Shown: in pieces, positions 57,081-64,000 of the stretch
Numbering within the stretch: position 1 is the stretch's first letter
Layout: each line of letters begins with the position of its first letter
Assembly (NCBI GenBank): GCA_963795805.1
Contig: CAWCIV010000002.1
Coordinates: forward strand, 138,917-202,916
Direction: 5' to 3'
DNA length: 64,000 nt
Origin: an uncultured Chloroflexia bacterium
GTDB lineage: Bacteria; Chloroflexota; Dormibacteria; CF-121
Notes under the pieces: model-generated
Databases searched by the model: none
Seen by the model: the letters and a program-made list of their open reading frames with translations, nothing else
Told to the model about the DNA's origin: nothing
Program-made: the position numbers and the translations under genes

Positions 57081-58397
57081 TCACGCTGCCACCTCCTGAA
57101 ACGCGCCATTCATGATGTCCCATCCTTCGTCGAGTTCCGCCTGTGAAATGTTGAGCGGCGGGATCAACCGCAAGATATTGTCGTGTGGCCCGCAACTGAG
57201 CAGGATCAGGCCGGATTCCAGGCATACTTTCCGGATCCGGGCCACCAGCTCTTTGTCGGGTGCCCCATCCTTTTTGATCAGTTCCACGCCAACCATCAGC
57301 CCCAGCCCGCGCACGTCGCCGATCGACGGCGTGGTCGCCTGGAGCGCCTTGAACCGTGCGATCAGGTCGGCGCCCCGAGCCGTCACATTGGCCAGGATCT
57401 GCTCCCGTTCGAAGACATCGAGTGTCGCCACCCCGGCAGCGCAGGCCACCGGGTTCCCGCCGAAGGTGGACCCGTGCGCGGCGGGTTCCCATCGGTCCAT
57501 CAGCCGGCTGCTGGCGACGATGGCGCTCAGTGGCAGCCCTGAGGCGATGCTTTTGGCCAGGGTCATGATGTCGGGCACCACGTCGGTGTGCTCGCAGGCG
57601 AACATCTTGCCCGTCCGGCCGTAACCGGTCTGGACCTCGTCCGCGATCAGCATGATTCCGTGTTCGTCGCAGAGCCTGCGCAGGCGGGGCATGAAGCCGG
57701 CGGGCGGTACCACGTAACCTCCCTCGCCGAGCACGGGCTCGACGATGAACGCGGCGATATTCTTCGGCGGCACCCGCGTGTCGAGCATCTCATCGATGAA
57801 GTCGAAGACGTACTTGAGCGTCGCCTCATCCCCCGGGCCCGACGGGTTGCGGTACGCATAGGGATAGGGAACGTGGTAGACACCGGGGAGAAACGGCTCA
57901 TAGCGCTCCCGGTAGTAACTCTTCGAGGCGGTCAGCGAGAGGGCGCCGTAGGTGCGACCGTGAAAGGCCCCCTGGAAGGCGACGATCGCCGACCGCCCCG
58001 TGACGTACCGGGCCAGCTTGATCGCACCTTCGACGGCCTCCGCGCCACTGTTGGCGAAGAACACCTTGTCGAGATTGCCGGGGGCGACGGCCGCGAGGCG
58101 TTCCGCCAGCAGGATGTTGGCTTCGTGGTGGGCGACGACCGAGACATGGACGAGCTTATCCAGTTGGGCGTGCGCCGCCTTGAGGACGTCCGGATGCCCA
58201 TGACCGAGGTTGGTCACCGCGATCCCACAGGCAAAGTCGAGGTAGCGCTGGCCGTCGACGGTGTAGACGTAGGACCCCTTGGCATGGTCGATGACGAGCG
58301 GGGTATAGCGGTAAAGCACCTGCGCGAGATGGGCACGTTCTCGAGCCAGCCAGGCGTCCTGGCCATCGCCTGTGTCGCGTTCCTTGACGAGTCTCAT
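57081..58397 (-). CDS. Class III aminotransferase (4-aminobutyrate aminotransferase-like)
   Basis: 438 aa. LDFACGIAVTNLGHGHP, DEVQTGYGRTGKMFA and TLAKSIASG (PLP lysine). AAGGAGG Shine-Dalgarno 5 nt upstream. Confidence 0.85.
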   Translation of the reverse strand: MRLVKERDTGDGQDAWLARERAHLAQVLYRYTPLVIDHAKGSYVYTVDGQRYLDFACGIAVTNLGHGHPDVLKAAHAQLDKLVHVSVVAHHEANILLAERLAAVAPGNLDKVFFANSGAEAVEGAIKLARYVTGRSAIVAFQGAFHGRTYGALSLTASKSYYRERYEPFLPGVYHVPYPYAYRNPSGPGDEATLKYVFDFIDEMLDTRVPPKNIAAFIVEPVLGEGGYVVPPAGFMPRLRRLCDEHGIMLIADEVQTGYGRTGKMFACEHTDVVPDIMTLAKSIASGLPLSAIVASSRLMDRWEPAAHGSTFGGNPVACAAGVATLDVFEREQILANVTARGADLIARFKALQATTPSIGDVRGLGLMVGVELIKKDGAPDKELVARIRKVCLESGLILLSCGPHDNILRLIPPLNISQAELDEGWDIMNGAFQEVAA

Positions 58398-58444
58398 TCG
58401 GCCTCCTTGATCTGGCGTCCGTATAGTACCCGGGTTCCGGTGAA

Positions 58445-59110
58445 TTAGCCGGCCAGCCAGGGAAGCCGGCCGCCATACCGCACGACCACCGGGGCGAGTT
58501 GGGAGCTCAGGATCGCCGGCCGGACTCCAAGGTAGGCCCGCAGCCAGGGATGCTGCTGCTCCAGCAGATCCAGGGTCAGCCGGCCGGTGGCGGCGTAGGC
58601 GCGATCGGCTGCCACCTGATCGGGCCGGGCCAGCGTGCTCAGCACCGCGTCACGCTTGACGCCGGCCCCGAAGGCGTCGATCTGGGCCACGGTGATCGGC
58701 CGGGGCGGGCCCGAAGCCAGCAGGGGGCGGACCGCCCGGTCGGCGTGCTCGGAGGTGATCAACAGGAGCGAGACGACGACCAGCGCGCTCAGCACTTGCA
58801 GCCCGACGCCGAGGAACCGGTCGAGGGGTCCAAGGCGAGTGCTACGCACGCGCCCGGCCAGCCGGGAGGCCGGCACGTTGATCAGGAATGCCAGGAGGAT
58901 GGTCCCGATGACGACGATCAGGTATGCCGGCACGTCGAGGTGGGGCTGGACGAGGTCGAGCAGCGGCCCATGAAAAAGCACGATCAGGGCCACCGCCAGC
59001 GCGAAGGACAGCTCGGCGAACACCGGGCGGAGAAAGCCCTGGGTCCAACCGATGGCGACCGCAATCAAGGCCACCGCGACGAGGACGAGGTCGAGGCCGT
59101 TCAGCGGGAG
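58445..59110 (-). CDS. CvpA-like membrane protein; start unresolved
   Basis: LNGLDLVLVAVALIAVAIGWTQGFLRPVF... with 4 TM segments, then a soluble tail. There is no ATG/GTG/TTG at the expected position. The rest of the 423-aa ORF upstream is shadow of the neighbouring membrane gene. Confidence 0.4.
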   Translation of the reverse strand, partial: LPLNGLDLVLVAVALIAVAIGWTQGFLRPVFAELSFALAVALIVLFHGPLLDLVQPHLDVPAYLIVVIGTILLAFLINVPASRLAGRVRSTRLGPLDRFLGVGLQVLSALVVVSLLLITSEHADRAVRPLLASGPPRPITVAQIDAFGAGVKRDAVLSTLARPDQVAADRAYAATGRLTLDLLEQQHPWLRAYLGVRPAILSSQLAPVVVRYGGRLPWLAG

Positions 59111-59814
59111 GGGGCCGCCCTGAGCGCGCCGGCGTGCCGGGGCGCTCGTTGCGCCGCCAGGAAGCCGCCGAACATCACGAGGACGCCCAGCGCCTGCCCG
59201 ACATAGAAAAGCTCGTAGATGTGGAAGCGGGTCAGGGTCGAAGCCCCCGCCACGATGAAGGCGCCACCGGCGATCAGGACGTTCGCCAGCAGTCGCGATC
59301 CCGCCGCTCCGCGCCGCCAGGCCGCAAAGGCCGACCAGAGCGCGCCTCCGATCAGCACCAGGCTGCCGGCGATGTTGAGCAAGGCCGCCGTCAGGAGCGC
59401 CACCGCGTTGAAGAGGCCATGCTCGAGCCGGATGGTGTCGACCGATGGGACCTCGTGCGTTTGCAGCAGGCTCGCCTGCAACCCGGCGCCGACGATGCCC
59501 GCCAACCCGATCCCCGCGAGGATCACCACCGCCAGCAGGGCGGGCCGTCCGAATCGGGGGGCGAGGAGAAAAATGGTGCCCAGTGCTAGCACACCGACCA
59601 CCGTGATGCCACCAAAGTAGTAGTACAACCGGTACAGGTCGGCCGTCCAGCCCCCGGCCGCGCCAAGGACCTCGGTGAAGGCGGCGACGGCATAGAGCGC
59701 GAGCGCCACCGACCACGCCGCCAGGTAGGGCCGCGGCTTGGTCCGATACTGCCTCCAGAGCGTGATCGCAAACGCCGCACTGATCGCCGTGGCCGCGAGC
59801 GGGTAAAAGATCAC
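59101..59814 (-). CDS. Hypothetical polytopic membrane protein
   Basis: 237 aa with about 7 hydrophobic segments (MIFYPLAATAISAAFAITLW...). Confidence 0.5.
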   Translation of the reverse strand: MIFYPLAATAISAAFAITLWRQYRTKPRPYLAAWSVALALYAVAAFTEVLGAAGGWTADLYRLYYYFGGITVVGVLALGTIFLLAPRFGRPALLAVVILAGIGLAGIVGAGLQASLLQTHEVPSVDTIRLEHGLFNAVALLTAALLNIAGSLVLIGGALWSAFAAWRRGAAGSRLLANVLIAGGAFIVAGASTLTRFHIYELFYVGQALGVLVMFGGFLAAQRAPRHAGALRAAPSR

Positions 59815-59888
59815 GCCAAGATCAGTTTATCTGCTGGCCGACGGGTTCGCTGTTGGTTGCGTGCCTCAGTGTTCGCGTAAGCTGCTTC

Positions 59889-59918
59889 TTGACGTCACGT
59901 CCCGTATTGACGTTAAAT
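59889..59918 (+). promoter_or_regulatory. Candidate promoter/operator upstream of the ParA-like gene
   Basis: TTGACG (59889-59894), 18 nt spacer, TTAAAT (59913-59918). Direct repeat TTGACGT at 59889 and 59907. Perfect palindrome TGACGTCA at 59890-59897. Confidence 0.3.
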
Positions 59919-59954
59919 AGCCGCAACCACGGTACACAGAGGTCTAGCACTCGT

Positions 59955-60764
59955 TTGAGCAGAGTCATCGCAATTGCCAACCAGAAAGGCGGGGTTGGTA
60001 AAACAACAACCGCGGTGAACTTGGGATGCGCACTCGCTGAGCTCGGGAAGCGCGTCCTCTGTATAGACCTCGATCCCCAGGGACACCTCACGATCAACAT
60101 GGGGTTCAAGCAGCCGGATCAGATCGAGCTCACCCTCTATCACCTCTTGCTCGACCCGCAGGTCACCCTCGGTCACGTCGTAAAGCACAGCAACCTGGGG
60201 GTCGACTTCATCCCGGCCAACATCGAGCTCTCTGGCGCCGAGATCCAGCTGGTCTCGGAAATGGGCCGCGAGACCTTCCTCAAGGAGAAGCTGGCGCCCG
60301 GCCAGGATGAGTACGACTTCATGGTCATCGACTGCCCGCCGTCGCTCGGGCTCCTCTGCGTCAACGCGCTGGTGGCGGCCGACGAAGTCGTCATCCCGCT
60401 GCAGTGCGAGTACTTTGGGATGAAGGGCATGCAGTTGCTCCAGAACACGATCGAGCGGGTTCGCGGCAAACTGAATCCCAAGCTTCGGATCAGCGGAATC
60501 CTGGCGACCATCCACAAGTCGCGCACCCTCCACTCGCAGGAGGTGCTCGAACTCGTGCGCGAACGGTACGGCGACGTCGTCTTCGACGTCGTCATCAAAG
60601 ACAGCATTCGATTCGCCGAAACGCCACTCGCCGGCATGTCGATCCTCCAGTACGCGGGAAGCTCCGAAGGCGCCAATGCCTACCGGGCCCTCGCCAAGGC
60701 AGTGGTTAAGCGGGCGCCAGCCCCCGAGGTGGAGGTAAAGCAGCCCGTTGCCACTCGTGTTTAA
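59955..60764 (+). CDS. ParA/Soj-family ATPase
   Basis: TTG start, then SRVIAIANQKGGVGKTTTAVNLG (deviant Walker A). IDLDPQG and VIDCPPSLG. Confidence 0.85.
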   Translation: MSRVIAIANQKGGVGKTTTAVNLGCALAELGKRVLCIDLDPQGHLTINMGFKQPDQIELTLYHLLLDPQVTLGHVVKHSNLGVDFIPANIELSGAEIQLVSEMGRETFLKEKLAPGQDEYDFMVIDCPPSLGLLCVNALVAADEVVIPLQCEYFGMKGMQLLQNTIERVRGKLNPKLRISGILATIHKSRTLHSQEVLELVRERYGDVVFDVVIKDSIRFAETPLAGMSILQYAGSSEGANAYRALAKAVVKRAPAPEVEVKQPVATRV

Positions 60765-61059
60765 ACGAGTCTCCCTCACCGGGTCAGCTGAGCTCTTCCG
60801 CGATACCTCTCGAGCACCGGAGCTTCTGGCCGAGACGGACCCGGAGCGGACGCCGGCGCCGATCCACCAGCTGCCCATCCTTCAGGAACCGACGCCGACG
60901 TTTGGCTACAACCTGACCGAGGACCAGGTCCGGGAGTTGATCGACGCCGTGCAAAAGATCAAGTACCCTCACACCCTCAAGAACACCGCCAAGCTCAGCA
61001 TGGAGGAGTTCGAGCGCCTCGAGGCGCTCCGCCAGGTCCTACTCGACGGCTTGCGCTAG
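60748..61059 (+). CDS. Small hypothetical protein downstream of ParA (possible partner protein)
   Basis: 103-aa ORF with G/C-rich third positions. It overlaps the parA end by 17 nt. Helical C-terminal half (LTEDQVRELIDAVQKIKYPHTLKNTAKLSMEEFERLEALRQVL). No ParB motifs. Confidence 0.4.
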   Translation: MPLVFKRVSLTGSAELFRDTSRAPELLAETDPERTPAPIHQLPILQEPTPTFGYNLTEDQVRELIDAVQKIKYPHTLKNTAKLSMEEFERLEALRQVLLDGLR

Positions 61060-62823
61060 CGCCTCGTCGCCCCGCTGGCTGCCCGCGACATCCCAGCGAC
61101 GCGCCACCTGCTGCGCCCGGTACAGGTTGGCGTACAGGCCCGGCGCCTCGACCAACTCATCGTGGCGGCCTCGCTGAACGACCTTGCCCCGTTCCAGCAC
61201 GACAATCTCGGACGCCTGCCGGATGGTCGAGAGCCGGTGGGCGATGACCAGCACCGTCCGGTCGGCGACCAGTCGGGCAAGCGCGAGCTGGATCAGGTGC
61301 TCGGCTTCCGGATCGACCGAGGAGGTCGCCTCGTCCAGGATCAGGATCGGGGCGTCACGGAGCAGGGCGCGCGCGATCGAGATCCGTTGCTTCTGTCCAC
61401 CCGAGAGCCGGACCCCTCGCTCGCCGATGATGGTGTCGTAGCCGTTCGGCAGCTCGGTGATGAATTCGTGCGCATAGGCAGCGCGCGCGGCCGCCTCGAG
61501 ACGGGCGTCGTCCGCATCGGGATCGCTGATCTTGATGTTCGCGGCCACGGTATCGTTGAAGAGGAAGACGTCCTGGAGCACAAGGCCGACGCTGCGATGC
61601 ACGTAATCGAGCGGAAGCTCACGGACGTCCACGCCACCGAGGCGTACCGCGCCCTCCTGCGGATCCCAGAAGCGCGCGATCAGGTTCGCGACCGTTGTTT
61701 TGCCCGCGCCGCTGGGTCCAACCAGGGCCAGGACCTGCCCCTCGCGGAGCTCGATCGACACGTTGTGCAGAACGGGACGGCCCGGCTCATAGGCGAACGT
61801 CACCGAGTCGAGCCGGACATCGTATGCCGGCGCGACGGGTATCCGAGCGTTCGGGGCGTCCGCCACCTCGATCGGCGCCGTCAGGATCTCGTAAATCCGC
61901 TCGGTCGCGGCCTGCGCGGTGCGCAGGCCCTCCAGCTGGCGATTGAGGTCGGTGATCGGCCGGTACAGGTAGGTCGTCAGGAACACGAACAGGATGAGGT
62001 TCGGGGCACTCAGTTGACCCGAGAGGACCAGCAGGCCGCCGGCGAGGAGCACCAGGGCGACCGGGACGGCAGCCAGCCACTCGACCCCCGCGAAATACCA
62101 GGTGTGCAGCAGGTTGGCTCTCGTTTCCGCCTCGGCCAGGCGCCGGCTGCGATCGTCGATGGCGCGTCGTGCCGGGGCAGCGGCCGCGAAGGCCTTGAGC
62201 ACGCCCACGCCCTGGATATGGTCGACCATCAGCCCGTTCATGCGGCCGAGCTCATCGCGCGATCGCTTGAAGGCGGCGTTGGCGGCCTCACGAAAGAGGG
62301 TGAGGACGGCAAGAATGATCAGCAGCGGCGCCAGCGCGATCAGGCCGAGGCGCCAGTTCACGGCGAGCATCAGGATGCCGATGAACACCGGCACGAGGGC
62401 GGCGCTGATCAGCTGGATCCCGGCATGGGCGGTGAAGAACTCGATCGTCTCGACGTCCCCGATGATCTTGGCCGCCATCGCGCCGGATTGCTGCTTCGTA
62501 TGAAAACCCATGGAGAGCCGCAGCATCTGCTCGTAGCAACGCATGCGCACGTCGTGCAAAATCTTGAAGGCCGCGTTGTGCCCAAAGCCGCCTTCGAAGT
62601 AGCGGGCGACGGCGATCGCGGCGGTGGCCGCCACCATCGCCAGCCCGAGCCAGACGATCGTCGCGCTGGACGCGCCCCGCTGGCCGACCGTCACCAGCAC
62701 CTGCCGGATGATGAGCGCCGGAACCACGCTCAGGGCCGTGGCGAGGATCGACCCGGCGATCGCGATCCCGAGCAGGCCGCGGTGTCCGCGCGTGATCGTG
62801 ATCATCCTGGAGAGAAAAATCAT
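61039..62823 (-). CDS. ABC exporter, fused permease/ATPase (MsbA-like)
   Basis: 594 aa with six N-terminal TM helices. GPSGAGKTT, LSGGQKQRISIARAL and ILILDEATS. Confidence 0.9.
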   Translation of the reverse strand: MIFLSRMITITRGHRGLLGIAIAGSILATALSVVPALIIRQVLVTVGQRGASSATIVWLGLAMVAATAAIAVARYFEGGFGHNAAFKILHDVRMRCYEQMLRLSMGFHTKQQSGAMAAKIIGDVETIEFFTAHAGIQLISAALVPVFIGILMLAVNWRLGLIALAPLLIILAVLTLFREAANAAFKRSRDELGRMNGLMVDHIQGVGVLKAFAAAAPARRAIDDRSRRLAEAETRANLLHTWYFAGVEWLAAVPVALVLLAGGLLVLSGQLSAPNLILFVFLTTYLYRPITDLNRQLEGLRTAQAATERIYEILTAPIEVADAPNARIPVAPAYDVRLDSVTFAYEPGRPVLHNVSIELREGQVLALVGPSGAGKTTVANLIARFWDPQEGAVRLGGVDVRELPLDYVHRSVGLVLQDVFLFNDTVAANIKISDPDADDARLEAAARAAYAHEFITELPNGYDTIIGERGVRLSGGQKQRISIARALLRDAPILILDEATSSVDPEAEHLIQLALARLVADRTVLVIAHRLSTIRQASEIVVLERGKVVQRGRHDELVEAPGLYANLYRAQQVARRWDVAGSQRGDEALAQAVE

Positions 62824-62835
62824 GCGAGGGAGATT

Positions 62836-63912
62836 TTACGAAGTCGTGTGAACCAGCTCGACCAGCCGCTGGAGATGGCCGACTGGCGTGCTCGGTAAAA
62901 CGCCGTGCCCGAGGTTGAAGATATGGCCGGGTCGCGCGCCGGCCAGCCGGATGATCTCGAGGGCCTTTTCCTTCACCACCGGCCAGGGCGCGAGCATCGC
63001 GGCGGGATCGAGATTCCCCTGGATGCCCCGATCGTAGCCGACGCGTGCCCAGGCTTCGGCCAGGTCCACCCGCCAGTCGAGCCCGATCACGTCGCCGCCT
63101 GCCTCACGCATCGCCGGCAGCAGAGCCGCGGTTCCGGTGCCGAAGTGGATCGTCGGGGCGCCCGAGTCGCGCAGGCCGTCGAAGATCGGTGCCACGTACG
63201 GTTGCACGAAGCGCCGGTAATCACCCGGCGCGAGCGCGCCGACCCAGCTGTCGAAGAGCTGAATCACCTGGGCGCCCGCCTCGACCTGGGCCTGCAAGTA
63301 GGCGAGGACGAGGCGGCTGAGGCGGCGCATCAAGGCCTCCCAGAGCTCCGGCTCGCCGTACATCATCGCCTTGGTCAGAAGGAAGTCGCGCGACGGCTTG
63401 CCCTCGATCAGGTAGCCGGCCAGTGTAAAGGGCGCGCCGGCAAACCCGATCACGGCCACGTCCGCGGGAAGCGACCGCCGCAGCAACCGGATCGTTTCCA
63501 GCACGAACGGAACCGACTCCTCCGGCGCCAGGTTGAGCAACCGCTCGACCGCGGTCCGGTTGCGAATCGGCTCCTCGATCACCGGGCCGACGCCATCGAC
63601 CAGTTGGAGCTTCACCCCCAGCGAGAAGGCGACCGGCAGCATGATGTCGGCAAAGAGGACGGCGCCGTCGACGCCGAGGCGCTCGACCGGCTGGCGGGTT
63701 ACTTCGGCACAGAGCGCGGGGTCCTGGCAAATCGTGAATAGGTCGGCCGTCTCGCGGATCTTTCGGTACTCGGGAAGCGAGCGCCCGGCCTGGCGCATGA
63801 ACCAGACGGGACGTCGCTCCACACGCTCGCGCCGCGCCGCTCGAACGAGTAACGGCCCGGGTCCGGTCGCCAGCTCCGGGCGGGCCAGATCGATTGACTC
63901 GCCGGGCGTCAT
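62836..63912 (-). CDS. hemE: Uroporphyrinogen decarboxylase
   Basis: RRPVWFMRQAGRSLPEYR signature. 358 aa. Confidence 0.9.
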   Translation of the reverse strand: MTPGESIDLARPELATGPGPLLVRAARRERVERRPVWFMRQAGRSLPEYRKIRETADLFTICQDPALCAEVTRQPVERLGVDGAVLFADIMLPVAFSLGVKLQLVDGVGPVIEEPIRNRTAVERLLNLAPEESVPFVLETIRLLRRSLPADVAVIGFAGAPFTLAGYLIEGKPSRDFLLTKAMMYGEPELWEALMRRLSRLVLAYLQAQVEAGAQVIQLFDSWVGALAPGDYRRFVQPYVAPIFDGLRDSGAPTIHFGTGTAALLPAMREAGGDVIGLDWRVDLAEAWARVGYDRGIQGNLDPAAMLAPWPVVKEKALEIIRLAGARPGHIFNLGHGVLPSTPVGHLQRLVELVHTTS

Positions 63913-64000
63913 CCGCCTGTGATCAGGCTGATCTGACTCGCACGCGTCGCGTCGGTGGTCAGCGCGCCCAACCCGAGGGCGAGGTTCAGCGCCGACGACG
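63909..64000 (-). CDS. 3' end of an unidentified upstream gene (partial at window edge)
   Basis: Open minus-strand frame ending ...SSALNLALGLGALTTDATRASQISLITGG*, with its TGA in an ATGA overlap with the hemE start. Too short to identify. Confidence 0.3.
   Translation of the reverse strand, partial: SSALNLALGLGALTTDATRASQISLITGG

Overview
GC-rich bacterial chromosomal segment. Third codon positions are mostly G/C, and many long antisense shadow ORFs in the six-frame track are not genes. Most content is housekeeping and lies on the minus strand:
- holA-rpiB, moaA, comEA-comEC, leuS and an ftsH-lon-tlpA run.
- One long co-directional block: tRNA-Leu, tig, clpP, clpX, lon, valS, three membrane proteins, maf, two envelope proteins, rplU-rpmA-obg-nadD-rsfS.
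- Also psuG, galT, thpR, an amino/guanidino-compound catabolic run, an ABC exporter and hemE.
- Four tRNAs: Ala-GGC, Ala-CGC, Leu-TAG, Arg-ACG.

I saw no rRNA, CRISPR array, transposase, integrase or phage genes.

The most interesting locus is about 20.5-31.5 kb, a tightly spaced plus-strand run:
- class II (DxDD) terpene cyclase
- class I (DDxxE plus NSE/DTE) terpene synthase
- a membrane GAF-GGDEF-HD-GYP c-di-GMP protein
- type-2 IPP isomerase
- a short-chain polyprenyl (GGPP-type) synthase
- a GDSL hydrolase

It is flanked by a divergent MFS transporter and a convergent PucR-type regulator. I read it as a candidate labdane-type diterpenoid cluster with an embedded c-di-GMP module. As printed, the two terpene enzymes form one fused 738-aa ORF, but that fusion depends on a single nucleotide near 23539.

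Second theme: many conserved genes are frame-interrupted, including valS, one lon copy and comEC. Every break I could reconstruct needs one base to be skipped (+1). The sequence therefore probably carries insertion-type errors, and all pseudogene or fusion calls are provisional.

Other notable points:
- an 18-bp divergent moaA/DNA-ligase intergenic region with overlapping -10 boxes (leaderless geometry)
- two tRNAs sitting exactly 13 nt upstream of protein starts
- an unlisted 31-aa bS22 gene
- an orphan Flp-type pilin
- a lysine-free antiporter-like membrane protein pair

All homology statements come from motif recognition by eye. No database search was run.
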